Assembly: GCA_045863235.1 (NCBI GenBank)
Contig: BTUM01000041.1
Location: 1 to 64,000, forward strand
Direction of reading: 5' to 3'
DNA: 64,000 bases
From: Candidatus Xenobia bacterium
Lineage (GTDB): Bacteria; Vulcanimicrobiota; Xenobia; Xenobiales; QWHO01
Shown: positions 18,555 to 28,724 of the stretch, piece after piece
Numbering within the stretch: position 1 is the stretch's first letter
Layout: each line of letters starts with the position of its first letter
Notes under the pieces: generated by a model
Seen by the model: only the letters and a program-made list of their open reading frames with translations
The model's database searches: none
What the model was told of the DNA's origin: nothing
Program-made: the position numbers and the translations under genes

Positions 18555-19435
18555 TGCACCGCCCCACGACCTTCCTGGAGGTCGACCATCCCCAGTTGCG
18601 GCTCACCCTGGCCTGCGAAACCTTCCAGATCACCGGCAGTTTCAAGTTCCGGGCCGCCAGCGAGGTGGCCCGCAGCGTGCCCAACGAGTTGCTCCTGACC
18701 GCCTCGTCGGGGAACTTCGGCCAGGCCCTGGCCTGCGCCGCTCGACGGACCGGCAAGAAAGCCATCGTGGTCATGCCGCAGACTTCCGCCCAGGTGAAGA
18801 TCGAGGCCGTTCGGGCTCAGGGTGGCCAGGTCGAGCTGGTGGACGTCACTCGCGTCAGCCGGGCCGAGCGGGTGCGCCAGCTCGCCGAGCAGTATCCGGA
18901 AGCCTACCAGGCCAGCGCCTATGACGATCCCCTGGTCATCCGCGGCAACGCCTCCCTGGGCCGGGAGCTGGCCGGACGCGGGTTCGACTGCATCGTCAGC
19001 CCGGTGGGAGGGGGGGGTCTGATCAGCGGAATCGTTACCGGTCTGGGCGTTGGGCGCCCGCGCGTCCTGGGCGCCGAGCCACTTTTGGCCAACGACGCGG
19101 CCCGCTCGCTGCGGGAAGGCCGGTTGCTGGCCAACGAAGGGGAGCCACAGACCCTGGCCGACGGGGCCCGGACCGTGTCGCTGGGACGCCACAACTGGGA
19201 GATCGTGCGCCAGGGAGTGGAAGACATTCTGGAGGTCAGCGAGGAGGCCATTGGCCACGCCGTCCGCTGGCTCTTCTTGAAGGCTAACCTCAAGGTGGAG
19301 CCAACCGGCGCTCTGGCCGTGGCAGCCGTGCTGGCAGCACCCGAACGTTTTGCCGATCAGAACGTTTGCTGTGTGATTTCAGGTGGCAACGTCGATCCGG
19401 CGCTCTACGCCTCGCTCCTCTCGGCAGGGATTTAG
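18554..19435 (+). CDS. PLP-dependent threonine/serine dehydratase (serine racemase-like)
   Basis: Motifs TGSFKFR, SSGNFGQALA, PVGGGGLISG, VEPTGA and SGGN. Confidence 0.9.
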   Translation: MHRPTTFLEVDHPQLRLTLACETFQITGSFKFRAASEVARSVPNELLLTASSGNFGQALACAARRTGKKAIVVMPQTSAQVKIEAVRAQGGQVELVDVTRVSRAERVRQLAEQYPEAYQASAYDDPLVIRGNASLGRELAGRGFDCIVSPVGGGGLISGIVTGLGVGRPRVLGAEPLLANDAARSLREGRLLANEGEPQTLADGARTVSLGRHNWEIVRQGVEDILEVSEEAIGHAVRWLFLKANLKVEPTGALAVAAVLAAPERFADQNVCCVISGGNVDPALYASLLSAGI

Positions 19436-19464
19436 CCGGAATCTAGAATTCTTCTCCAACGAGT

Positions 19465-20121
19465 ATGGAGCAAGACGTCACCAATCCGAGCCCGCCCGCT
19501 CCTCCCTATCGAAAGGGGTGGCTGCGGCGTCTCAAAAAGAGAGCCACCGGGGTGATCATCACTCTGGGACGGGTGCGCCCCCTGGCGCGCTTTGGCTACG
19601 CTGTCTACGGGGCCTTCTCCAAGCGCAAGCTGGCCCGCCGCGGGAACGTGCCCAACATGGCGATGCTGGACGGCACCTTGATGCGGGGAGGCCAACCCCG
19701 GGAAGCGGGTTTTGCCTGGCTCAAGGCCCAGGGAGTGGACACCATCTTGAACCTGCGCCGGGAAGCGCGCTGGGAGGAGAAGGCCGCCAAGCGCCACGGG
19801 CTGCGCTACTACTTCCTGGAGATGCCCGTCTTCGACGCTCCCCCGCTGGAGCTGGTCTACGAGTTTCTACGCATCGCCACCAACCCCGACAACGGAACGG
19901 TGTTCTTCCACTGCTATCACGGAGCCGACCGAACGGGGACGCTGGCAGCCGTCTATCGGGTGGCGGTGCAGGGCTGGAGCCTGGAGGACGCTCTGGAGGA
20001 GTTTTATCGGCACGGCTTTCACGCCGGCTACCAGGATCGCAACCTGGACTTCCTCTATCGCTTCGCCACCCATTGGGACGGGCTGGATGAGTCCGCCCGC
20101 CTGAAGCTGCTCAATCGGTAA
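19465..20121 (+). CDS. dual-specificity / tyrosine-type protein phosphatase
   Basis: Catalytic HCYHGADRTG (HCx5R) motif; RGGQP and ILNLR. Confidence 0.9.
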   Translation: MEQDVTNPSPPAPPYRKGWLRRLKKRATGVIITLGRVRPLARFGYAVYGAFSKRKLARRGNVPNMAMLDGTLMRGGQPREAGFAWLKAQGVDTILNLRREARWEEKAAKRHGLRYYFLEMPVFDAPPLELVYEFLRIATNPDNGTVFFHCYHGADRTGTLAAVYRVAVQGWSLEDALEEFYRHGFHAGYQDRNLDFLYRFATHWDGLDESARLKLLNR

Positions 20122-20347
20122 GAAACCAGGCCGGAATGGTGCACGGCGAGGGGCGCGGGCGGAGATTGCGCCGCATGCCCTCGACGAGCTCGGCCCCGGC
20201 GGCCAGCATTCCCAGCATCAATCCGATCACCAGCAGCATGGCCAGCGTCAGACCGAAGAACTGCAAGAACTCTTGCCGGCCGAGATATCCGTAGAGGCCA
20301 ACCAGGAGCCCGAAGGCGGTCAAGCTGTTGGCACCGTAACCAGTCAT
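20111..20347 (-). CDS. small membrane protein
   Basis: Two hydrophobic segments; start uncertain. Confidence 0.5.
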   Translation of the reverse strand: MTGYGANSLTAFGLLVGLYGYLGRQEFLQFFGLTLAMLLVIGLMLGMLAAGAELVEGMRRNLRPRPSPCTIPAWFLTD

Positions 20348-20436
20348 CGTCTTTATTCCTACCCTTTTCTGCGGCCGAGAGAACCGGCTCGCATGGGCAG
20401 TATAGGACCTGGCGGACGGGGTGAATGTGGGCCAGA

Positions 20437-21027
20437 TCACAAAAATGAAGATCCTGGCTCAAGCAGGAAGGCGGCTTCCTCGGGGCTGGACGGACGACCG
20501 AGAATGCTGTTGCGATGGGGATAACGCCCGAATCGCTGGATGATCACCGCGTGCCGTCGCGCGTAGTCGAGATAGCTGTCGAAGCGTTGACGGACCGGCG
20601 CAGGCGCCAGCTCCACCAGCTCGCCGAATCGCTGCAGAGAAGTCTTCTGGTGCTCGAAATCCTCGGAATGCTCCAGAGGCAGATAGAAGAAGACTCGCTC
20701 TTCCAGGGCCAGGGCCCGGTCTTGCTCGAGCCGCATGCCTTCCAGACAGAGCTCGAGAGCTTTCGCGTCGTAGGCGAAGGAACGGGCCTGACCCCGGTAC
20801 AGGTTGCGAGGGAACTGGTCCAGCACCAGAATGGACGCCAGGCGGCCCCGCGGAGTTTCAGGCCAGCTGTCGGGCAGAGACTGAAGCAGTGGCTCGAACT
20901 TTTCGGCGATGACGGCATCGAAGGCCGGGTCCTTGCGAAACCAACGACCGGCGGCCTCGGGGGTGCAGGTGCCCAGTTCGGGGTCCAGGTCAGGAAACCA
21001 GAACGACAGGACCTCCTCGATGGTCAC
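20437..21027 (-). CDS. DUF924 family protein
   Basis: Motifs VLSFWF, LDQFPRN, FFYLPLEHSE and RFGRYPHRNSILGR; GTGA overlap with the upstream gene. Confidence 0.9.
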   Translation of the reverse strand: MTIEEVLSFWFPDLDPELGTCTPEAAGRWFRKDPAFDAVIAEKFEPLLQSLPDSWPETPRGRLASILVLDQFPRNLYRGQARSFAYDAKALELCLEGMRLEQDRALALEERVFFYLPLEHSEDFEHQKTSLQRFGELVELAPAPVRQRFDSYLDYARRHAVIIQRFGRYPHRNSILGRPSSPEEAAFLLEPGSSFL

Positions 21028-21557
21028 GGATGGCGCACCGACAAGACCGCGCGCTCGTCCCATCGCAGGCAAGCCACGCTGGCATTGGGTAAGAACTGGT
21101 CTTGACCAAGCAAACGCAGAATCAGTCTCACCACTCCTCCGTGGGTGAACACGAGATGGCGTCCGGACGGCAGCTCCTCGATGAAATCGAGCACTCGCTC
21201 GGTAAAGCGGCCGGTCGACTCGCCCCCGGGGGGATGAAACTCGTCAAAGCGGTGCAGCAGCCCATCCCGCCAACAAGCGTCCAGAGTCCGCCAGTCCAGT
21301 CCGTCCAGCTCGCCAAAGTCGATCTCGCGCAGGCGCGGGTCGCGCCGGGGAATCCCGAAGGCCAGCTCGGCGGTGCGCCAGGCGCGCTCGAGGTCGCTGG
21401 ACCAGACAGCGTCGTAGCTCTGCTCGCGCAGAAAATCGCACAGGCCGCGAGCCTGCCGCTCACCCAGCTCGGTCAGCGGGGGGTCGGCCCAGCCCGTAAG
21501 ACGGTGCTCGGCGTTCCAGACTGTCTCGCCGTGCCGCACCAGCCAGAGCTCTCGCAC
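21024..21557 (-). CDS. histidine phosphatase (phosphoglycerate mutase family)
   Basis: Motifs LVRHGET, SSDLERA, LREIDFG and THGG. Confidence 0.9.
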   Translation of the reverse strand: MRELWLVRHGETVWNAEHRLTGWADPPLTELGERQARGLCDFLREQSYDAVWSSDLERAWRTAELAFGIPRRDPRLREIDFGELDGLDWRTLDACWRDGLLHRFDEFHPPGGESTGRFTERVLDFIEELPSGRHLVFTHGGVVRLILRLLGQDQFLPNASVACLRWDERAVLSVRHP

Positions 21558-22625
21558 CTACTTGCGCGCCGCGATGAGATACTCCAGCTTCTCGGGATCG
21601 GCTGAGATCTTGATCGGGGTTATCTCCTGATCGGCAGGGACGTCCGGAGGCTCTGGCTCATCGGCCGGCAGAGGCTGATCGGTGATGAAGGCGACTGTCT
21701 TGCGCAGCACATCCGCGTGGGCTTTTACCTGAGTGTGGTTAACCCACCACTTGTGGCTGCGCTCTACCCCCGGAAGCTCGACGCTGCTGCGCGAAATCAC
21801 CCCATCGCCACGAAAGGTGAGGATATTGCGGTCCGACAGAGTGGGCACGCCGTTGCCATCCACCGTGAACAGCTCGGCTCTCTCCTTCTGGCGCTGCAGG
21901 TTCTGGTTCAGACCACGGACCACAGGGTTATTGGGTCGCCCGTCCGCTCCCATCCGGTCAGCTGAGAGATCGCGAAGAGCCTGGTTGACCTCGGGGTCCT
22001 GGAAAGGGGGAAAGATGGGCAGCCCGAGCTCGCGGAAGCGCAGCTCCAGGTCAGCCATGACAGTGCCATGGTTGGGAGTTCCGATCATGACAAGATGGCG
22101 CACCCTCTCGTCGCCCTGATCGAGGTAGAGGCGCGAGTCGAGACCGCCCTTACTGTGGGCGATCAAATCGACCTCAGCAGCCCCCGTAGCGCGGCAGATC
22201 TGATTTACCGCCGCGCGCAACTCGGAGGCGTTGGTGGCCACGCTGTTGTATGGGCGCTGAAACTGCATTTTGAACACCCGGCCCTCGGGATTGACCTGCG
22301 AAGTGCCGTCCCCCTTGACATTGCCGCCGTTGGGATTGATGCCGTCGCGTGTGAGCCAGTCCTCAAACGCCTGCCAGTTCTCTGCGGCACCGTTGTAGCC
22401 GTGCACGAGCAGCACCGGCCGGTCAAGCACGGGAGGATTCTCCTCGGGCAACTTGGCCGGCAGCTCGTCGGGCTGGGAGGCGAAACTGGGGAAGGTAAAT
22501 GCAACCGGCTCGTCTCCAGACCAGGCGAAGCGGTCATCGACCGGAGGCGCCTGCGAGGCCGGAGGTGGCGGCGTGGCCGGCGAGCTCGAATGAAGGCTAT
22601 GAGGGCGTATCTGGGTGACCTGCAC
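21558..22625 (-). CDS. lipase / alpha-beta hydrolase with disordered N-terminal leader, no Sec signal
   Basis: Motifs PVLLVHG, AHSKGG nucleophile elbow, GTPNHG and DGVI. Confidence 0.85.
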   Translation of the reverse strand: MQVTQIRPHSLHSSSPATPPPPASQAPPVDDRFAWSGDEPVAFTFPSFASQPDELPAKLPEENPPVLDRPVLLVHGYNGAAENWQAFEDWLTRDGINPNGGNVKGDGTSQVNPEGRVFKMQFQRPYNSVATNASELRAAVNQICRATGAAEVDLIAHSKGGLDSRLYLDQGDERVRHLVMIGTPNHGTVMADLELRFRELGLPIFPPFQDPEVNQALRDLSADRMGADGRPNNPVVRGLNQNLQRQKERAELFTVDGNGVPTLSDRNILTFRGDGVISRSSVELPGVERSHKWWVNHTQVKAHADVLRKTVAFITDQPLPADEPEPPDVPADQEITPIKISADPEKLEYLIAARK

Positions 22626-22788
22626 GGGACGGACTCTCCTTTGACCGTATCTGGGTAGGACCTGGGCGTCTGCAAAACATGCCCGACTCCACGAAGTTTA
22701 GCGCCTGCGGCTTGTGACCATGGTGTCGGAGTTGTTACCGTTTGCCTGTTTCAGCCGGCTTTCAGCCACTTCGTCTATTCTGCCGGGA

Positions 22789-24570
22789 ATGGTAGTAAGC
22801 CCCGCTCTCTTTGCGCGCCCGGTGGCGGCCAGCTCGGACTATGATCGAGCGGTTTCCGCCTTCGTGAGCGAGTCCAACTCGGCCGAAGGGCGCTCGCTCA
22901 AGATGCGGGGCATCCAGCGCCTGCGAGAGCTCAACCCGGCCCTGTCGGCCGAGCACGTGCGAGCCATCGCATCCTTCGTGAACAACTCCACCGGGCTGGA
23001 GGGACGCGGCCTCAAGCTCGACGGCCTGGCCCGGATCATGCAGATCCAGCCCACCCTGACCCCCTCGGCCATCGGCAAGCTGGCTGGAGCGGTGGACGAG
23101 AGCGAAACCCTGGAGGGTCGTCGGGCCAAGTTGCAGGGCTTCCAGAAGCTCTATCAGACCCAGCCCGCCCTCTCTGAGGACGTGCTGGGCGAGATGGGAC
23201 GCCTGGTCTGCGGCTCCAACGGGGTGGAGGGCTACTCCATGAAGTTCGACTACCTGTCGCGCATGCTGAAAGTGCAGCCGAGGCTGTCGGCTGACTTCGT
23301 GCGCCAGCTCAGGCTTCTGGTGGACGAGTCGAACGGAGTCGAGGGCCGACGCTTGAAGATGCAAAACGTGCTGGCCATGCTGGAGAAGCAGCCCGGCTTG
23401 AGTCCGGCCATGCTGCGGGCGACGACCGGCTATGTGAACGAAAGCAACTCGCTGGAGGGCCGAGGCCTGAAGCTGGGTAGCCTGGTGAGCATGCTGGCCA
23501 AAAATCCGGCCCTGGAAGCCGCTCAGGTGGAAGCCCTGGCCTCCGGAGTCAACGCCTGTCCAGGAATGCCATCGCGACGAGCGGCCGTGGCCGGCTACGA
23601 GGCCGCTCTAGAGGCGGCTCCCACCCTGGGGCCCGACGTCCTGCGCGAGATGGGGCGCTTTCTTTCCCAGCCGGGCACCGACGCGGGCCGTACCGAGTAC
23701 ACCCGGATGGCGGTGCAGGTGGTGCAGGGCGACCCCGGTGTGAGCGCCACCACGTTCGGCTACCTGCGCCAGGCTACCGCCGGCGCTTACACGGCCCTGG
23801 ACGGCACGGCCCGGGCTACGCTGGCCTACAACGACCTTCTGATTGCCCGGGGACTTGGGAAACGGCCCGAGGAGCTGGCCACCCTGATCCCTGCCAGCGG
23901 CGCCACCGAAGGCGCCAGTCTGAGCCTGCCCCTGGAGGTGCTCGAGCAACTGCGCAGCCGCCCCGAGCTCGAGCTGTGCCAGCGCAACATCGCTGAAGCC
24001 CGCCAACAGGCCAATCACTTTGAGCAGGCCTTGCTGGGCAGCACCGACCAGGTCATCCAGGCCAACTATGATCGCTACAGCCAGCTCTGGGAGCAGCACC
24101 GCGAGGGTCTGAACGGCAAACTGCAACTGGCCGGGCTGGGCCTGGGAGTGGCGGCGGCGGTGGGCATGCTCTTCATCCCCGAGGTCCGCTCGCTGGCCGC
24201 CATCGGACTCTTTGGCGGAGTCTTCCTGGGCTCGCGACTGGCCAAAAAACCGCTCCAGAAGCTTCAGAACAAGAAGCTTGCCGGGATCATCAAGAGCGAG
24301 ATGGTGCCCGTGCGTGACAGCTGGAAGGCCCGTCAGGCGGCCCAGGAGGCCCAGAAGGTCCGGGTGGAGGCTTACCTGGCCGCCGATCTATGGCAGGCTC
24401 TGAAGACCGATCCCAATCGGATCCCCCCTGGCCAGAACGTGCGCGAGGGGGAAGATGCTGTCGTCATCGGCGGGATCCGCGTGCCCCGGCGCCGCCCCGA
24501 GCTTGACATCGCCGCGCCCCAGGGACCGCAGGGCTTCGACACGGCCAACCCTGGCCAGAGCCCCACCTGA
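22789..24570 (+). CDS. 38-aa repeat protein with C-terminal hydrophobic hairpin and VVIGGIRVPRR motif
   Basis: About 8 tandem 38-aa repeats; TATTCT 7 nt upstream of ATG 22789. Confidence 0.8.
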   Translation: MVVSPALFARPVAASSDYDRAVSAFVSESNSAEGRSLKMRGIQRLRELNPALSAEHVRAIASFVNNSTGLEGRGLKLDGLARIMQIQPTLTPSAIGKLAGAVDESETLEGRRAKLQGFQKLYQTQPALSEDVLGEMGRLVCGSNGVEGYSMKFDYLSRMLKVQPRLSADFVRQLRLLVDESNGVEGRRLKMQNVLAMLEKQPGLSPAMLRATTGYVNESNSLEGRGLKLGSLVSMLAKNPALEAAQVEALASGVNACPGMPSRRAAVAGYEAALEAAPTLGPDVLREMGRFLSQPGTDAGRTEYTRMAVQVVQGDPGVSATTFGYLRQATAGAYTALDGTARATLAYNDLLIARGLGKRPEELATLIPASGATEGASLSLPLEVLEQLRSRPELELCQRNIAEARQQANHFEQALLGSTDQVIQANYDRYSQLWEQHREGLNGKLQLAGLGLGVAAAVGMLFIPEVRSLAAIGLFGGVFLGSRLAKKPLQKLQNKKLAGIIKSEMVPVRDSWKARQAAQEAQKVRVEAYLAADLWQALKTDPNRIPPGQNVREGEDAVVIGGIRVPRRRPELDIAAPQGPQGFDTANPGQSPT

Positions 24571-24573
24571 GCG

Positions 24574-25701
24574 GTGGCACGCCCCGCACACGGAGCCCTG
24601 GCGGGCGACTTTCTGCTCGATCCCGAGGTGGTCTTTCTCAACCACGGCTCCTTCGGCGCCTGCCCCCGCCCGGTCTGGGAGGCTCACCAGGCCTGGCAGC
24701 TGGAGACCGAGCGCCAGCCGGTGGACTTCTTCGCCACTCGCTCGGAGAGCTTGCTGGCCGCGGCAAGGGCGGAGCTGGGCGAGTTTCTGGGCTGCCAGGG
24801 CGAGCAACTGGCCTTTGTGACCTGCGCCACGGTGGCCTGCAACATGCTGGCCCACGGCTGGCCCTTCGAGCCAGGGGACGAGATCCTGGGCAACGACCAC
24901 GAGTACGGCGCCTGTGAGCGGGCCTGGGAGTATCACGTTGCCCGCCGGGGCCTGAGCTACCGGCGAGCCACCCTCCGACCCGGGCCCGACTGCGCCGAGC
25001 ACCTGCTCTCTCAGGTTTCCCCGCGCACCCGGGCCATCTATCTGAGCCACCTCACCTCGCCCACGGCACTGGTGCTCCCGGTGGCTGAGATCGCACGGCT
25101 GGCTCGGGCCCGGGAGATCCTGACCCTGGTGGACGGAGCCCACGCCCCCGGCCAGCTCGATCTGCGCCTGGACGAGCTGGGCGTGGACGCCTACTTCGGC
25201 AACCTGCACAAGTGGCTCAACACTCCCAAAGGCAGCGCATTCCTGTGGGTGGCTCCCGAGCATTCGCCCGGCCTGCTGCCGCTGGTGGCAGGCTGGGGCT
25301 TCGAGCCCGAAGCGCCCTTCGCCAGCTGGCACGAGCGCTGGGGAACCCGCGACCTGGCTGCCTTCCTTTCCGTGTCGGCGGCGCTGGCCTACCATCGCGA
25401 GCGGCTAACCCCCGTGGTGCGCCAGAGCTGCCACAGCCGGGTCACCCGGTTTCTGGGGGCCGTGGGGTCGCAGCTCTACCCATCAGCGGAGTGGCATCGA
25501 CAGATGGGGGCAGCCCGGCTCGCAGACGGAATCGATGTGGATCGGCTCAAGGCCGAGCTCTACCAGCGCTATCGGATCGAGATCCCGGTGTATCGGTTTG
25601 GTGACAAGCCCTGGATCCGGCTGTCGAGCCAGGCTTACAATAGCGATGAAGAAGCCGACTACCTGGTGGAGGCGCTGAGGAGCCTCAGAGCGCTGCCTTG
25701 A
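24574..25701 (+). CDS. class V PLP aminotransferase (isopenicillin-N epimerase / cysteine lyase-like)
   Basis: Motifs FLNHGSFG, VDGAH, GNLHKW and GTRD. Confidence 0.9.
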   Translation: MARPAHGALAGDFLLDPEVVFLNHGSFGACPRPVWEAHQAWQLETERQPVDFFATRSESLLAAARAELGEFLGCQGEQLAFVTCATVACNMLAHGWPFEPGDEILGNDHEYGACERAWEYHVARRGLSYRRATLRPGPDCAEHLLSQVSPRTRAIYLSHLTSPTALVLPVAEIARLARAREILTLVDGAHAPGQLDLRLDELGVDAYFGNLHKWLNTPKGSAFLWVAPEHSPGLLPLVAGWGFEPEAPFASWHERWGTRDLAAFLSVSAALAYHRERLTPVVRQSCHSRVTRFLGAVGSQLYPSAEWHRQMGAARLADGIDVDRLKAELYQRYRIEIPVYRFGDKPWIRLSSQAYNSDEEADYLVEALRSLRALP

Positions 25702-26299
25702 TCCAGTGAGCGCATTCCTCGGGGTGGCGCTGGAGCAGCAAGTGCGGGCCGTGCATCCAGGTAATCGGGACCGCGGGCGGATAACGGGGCCGAACCAGCC
25801 AGTCTTGCCGCGCTGCCAGACACCGGATCGGAAGGCTCAAGCGCGAGAACTCGGGGCGCACATCCACCTGCAAGACCTCGCGGATGCGCGCGACCAGAAC
25901 CGGAGTGGACACGAGTCCGACCGCGTGTCGTAGGGCGCTTCCCAATTCGGCTGGAGCTCCCAGCCCGAGTAATACCGGAGACATGGCCCAGTCTGGAGGT
26001 CGCCACCGAACCAGCCACGAGGGCAACCAGGGTGCGGGGTTTGTCAGGAAGCTGTTTACCAGGACGAGTGCCCGAGCCAATCCACGTTCAGCCAGGCGGA
26101 CAGCCAACGGACCCGAGAACGACTCGGCCACCAGGGTGCAGTCCGCAACGAGCCGGGGAGCGATAAGCTCCATCAGTTCGTCGTAGCCGAGCGCAACATC
26201 GCACGGGTAGGAGACCACCTCAGCATCCAGATGCTCGAGCAAGGGCCGAAACAAAAGACCCGTCCCGTCCAGACCGGGAAGCAGGACGAAACGGGTCAC
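25685..26299 (-). CDS. alpha/beta fold hydrolase
   Basis: Motifs LLPGLDGTG, AESFSG and GPHLLL. Confidence 0.85.
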   Translation of the reverse strand: MTRFVLLPGLDGTGLLFRPLLEHLDAEVVSYPCDVALGYDELMELIAPRLVADCTLVAESFSGPLAVRLAERGLARALVLVNSFLTNPAPWLPSWLVRWRPPDWAMSPVLLGLGAPAELGSALRHAVGLVSTPVLVARIREVLQVDVRPEFSRLSLPIRCLAARQDWLVRPRYPPAVPITWMHGPHLLLQRHPEECAHWIKAAL

Positions 26300-26324
26300 G
26301 GACCCTCAGGCTGACAGGATCGAC

Positions 26325-26756
26325 TCAGTCCGGGTCGATGACTTGATAGTTCAGCCGGAAGGGCCCGCCCACGCCTTCGTTGGGAACCATGCGCAGGTAA
26401 TAAATGCCAGCCGGGTGACGCTGGGTGTATTCGAGGATGTTACCGTCCTTCGGACTTTCGGCGACGATCCGATCCCAGACTCCTTCCGATTGAGCGCGAT
26501 AAAGAATCAAATGGTATCGGTGGTTGTCGTCGGGACGCACCTGAACGCTCAGTTGCTCGTTGTGACGCAGGTCGAAACGATAGTAGCCCCAGTAGGGATA
26601 CATGACCTGAGGACCGTGATAGGTCTCCGAACGCTCGATGGGAAGCGCGGTGGCAAGCTCCTCGGTCGAAATGAGGGTATCGCCCCATTCAGGGATTGCG
26701 GCGCCCGGAGCGAGCAGTAACACGCCTAGCGCGAGCGCGGTCAGTGGGTGTTTCAT
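26325..26756 (-). CDS. putative exported beta-sandwich protein
   Basis: Sec-like signal (MKHPLTALALGVLLLAPGAA); RBS GGAG upstream. Confidence 0.7.
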   Translation of the reverse strand: MKHPLTALALGVLLLAPGAAIPEWGDTLISTEELATALPIERSETYHGPQVMYPYWGYYRFDLRHNEQLSVQVRPDDNHRYHLILYRAQSEGVWDRIVAESPKDGNILEYTQRHPAGIYYLRMVPNEGVGGPFRLNYQVIDPD

Positions 26757-26789
26757 AGAATCTCCTTCAGAGAGTTGGCTTTGGAACCT

Positions 26790-27608
26790 TCAGGGAGTGA
26801 CGGGCACGCCGGTCGCCTCAGAGCCACCACCCAACCCAAAAACCGCCGCCAGCAGACCACCGCCACCGAGCAAGACCCAGAGAATGGTGTTGTTCGTCTC
26901 GCTGGTATTCATCCCGCCGCCCTCTTCGTCGCCGGCCTCGTCATCAACGACGCCGTTGTTATCGTTGTCCAGACCATCGGGCTCGCTGTTGCCCACCGCC
27001 AATAACCCCTCGGCGGGCTCAGGGGAATCCATCTGCGCGACCGGCATGTTCTCGGTAGAGCCTGCCAGGGCGTCAAAGCCAGCCGGCAGGCCGATCCAGG
27101 CGAGGGCTGGGATGGGGGCGAACTGCGCCACCTGCACCGAGTCAGCCTTCAACTGAGCATTGCCGCTCAGGACCTTCAGCCTGGTCTCGGGCTGCGTCAC
27201 GTCCATGACAAAAGTGCCCTGTGAGCAACGCACGCTGGCGTCATTGCCATCGATCAGCACCGAGTGGTCACCTGACTCAGGCAGGCTGGCGAAGAGTTTG
27301 CCGCTCTCGAGCTTGAGCTGGAGGCGACCGCCGTCAATCTGAGAGCACCGAACGCGCGTGTCCTGGTCGAGACGAAGCCGAACCTCGCCCGGGAGGGTCA
27401 TCACGGCGCCCGATCCCGGCTCAGTCCTGACTGTCATGCCCGACTTCAGGCTCTCGCTGGCAGGTACCCAGGAGCCATCGACGCTGGACAGCACCGTGCC
27501 CTGCAACACGGCCAGATGGGCCTGGTCACTCTCCTGGGCCCAGGCCATCGGCAGCGACAGACTGAGGAGACTCGCTATTGTGATTGCGGAAACCGCGATG
27601 TGATTCAC
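26790..27608 (-). CDS. exported FecR-like domain protein with acidic linker and C-terminal membrane anchor
   Basis: Signal peptide ending AWA; FecR-like VRT..GS.A..LRLDQDT...LESGKL; hydrophobic C-terminus. Confidence 0.7.
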   Translation of the reverse strand: MNHIAVSAITIASLLSLSLPMAWAQESDQAHLAVLQGTVLSSVDGSWVPASESLKSGMTVRTEPGSGAVMTLPGEVRLRLDQDTRVRCSQIDGGRLQLKLESGKLFASLPESGDHSVLIDGNDASVRCSQGTFVMDVTQPETRLKVLSGNAQLKADSVQVAQFAPIPALAWIGLPAGFDALAGSTENMPVAQMDSPEPAEGLLAVGNSEPDGLDNDNNGVVDDEAGDEEGGGMNTSETNNTILWVLLGGGGLLAAVFGLGGGSEATGVPVTP

Positions 27609-27767
27609 TTTCCCATCCTCCAGATTCGTAGCCCCTCTCTAGCAGTCGTTCTCGACGCTCGCAAGCGGGCGACCTGTACAGGCTTGTTTGAAAGCTTTTA
27701 CGAAAAACCAGGGACTCCTCCCCGGTCGCACAATGTTTACTTTTCAAACCGGAAGGGTGGACATGCC

Positions 27768-28565
27768 GTGGGCGAGTGGGATGCGAAGGCTCGGTTCTGG
27801 GACGAATTGATGGGTCAGGAGGGCAACGCCTTCAGCCGGCAACTGGTCGAGCCGGCGATCGAGAGTTTGCTCGCCCTGCTCCCCGGCGAGCGCGTTCTGG
27901 ACCTGGCCTGCGGCACCGGGGTGATGACCCGCCGGCTGCACGGCCTGGGAGCGCGGGTCCTGGGGGTAGACCAGAGTGAAGCCATGCTGTCTCACGCCCG
28001 ACGGCGTGGGCCGGCCGAGATCGAATACCGACTGGTGGACGCGACCGACCCGGCCGCCCTCCGCAGCCTGGGCAGGTTCGATGCGGTGGTCTGCAGTATG
28101 GCCTTCATGGACATAGCCGATCTTGGTCCCCTGCTTGGAGCCATGAAAAACCTGTTGGAGCAGGGCGGTCGTCTGGTGGCAGCCCTCACCCATCCCTGCT
28201 TCAATTTCCACGGCTCGCGCCTGTTTGTCGAACACGAGGATCGCCAGGGTCAAATCGTTGAAAGCACAGGAGTGCGGGTCACAAATTACCTGCGCGAGGC
28301 TGCCGTGAAAGGCGCCGGAGCTCCCGGCGAGCCCAACCCGCACACCTACTACCATCGCCCGTTGCATCGACTGGTCGGCAGTTGCTTCGCGGCCGGGCTG
28401 GTGCTCGATGGCCTGGAGGAACGAGCTTTCGAGCACCCCCTCGAGGGCCGCGTCGACTTGAACTGGAGCCGATTGAACGAGGTTCCCCCTCTGCTGGCCC
28501 TGCGGCTTCGCCTGGGAACCAGCAGAGAGCCCGGACCGGGGGTGCCCCTGGACTGGCCGGAGTAG
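27768..28565 (+). CDS. class I SAM-dependent methyltransferase
   Basis: Motifs VLDLACGTG, FDAVVCSMAFMDI, HPCF and YYHRPL. Confidence 0.9.
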   Translation: MGEWDAKARFWDELMGQEGNAFSRQLVEPAIESLLALLPGERVLDLACGTGVMTRRLHGLGARVLGVDQSEAMLSHARRRGPAEIEYRLVDATDPAALRSLGRFDAVVCSMAFMDIADLGPLLGAMKNLLEQGGRLVAALTHPCFNFHGSRLFVEHEDRQGQIVESTGVRVTNYLREAAVKGAGAPGEPNPHTYYHRPLHRLVGSCFAAGLVLDGLEERAFEHPLEGRVDLNWSRLNEVPPLLALRLRLGTSREPGPGVPLDWPE

Positions 28566-28724
28566 GGCCTGCAAGCCCGGCCACCTCTTTGTGGACATGG
28601 AGGCGGAGCTCCTCCGCGTCCAGCCCGGGCTCCTGGTCCCAACCAGAAATGTCTACAATTTGGCAAGGCTCCTTTTACATTTGACCTCTAGATGGGAGGT
28701 TGACTGGTCCTGAAATCATGATCG

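Noticed and set aside
21558..21630. Lipase C-terminus (IKISADPEKLEYLIAARK) as a sixth copy of the C-terminal motif
   Set aside because: It lacks the G-[GS] turn and the spacing of the consensus.
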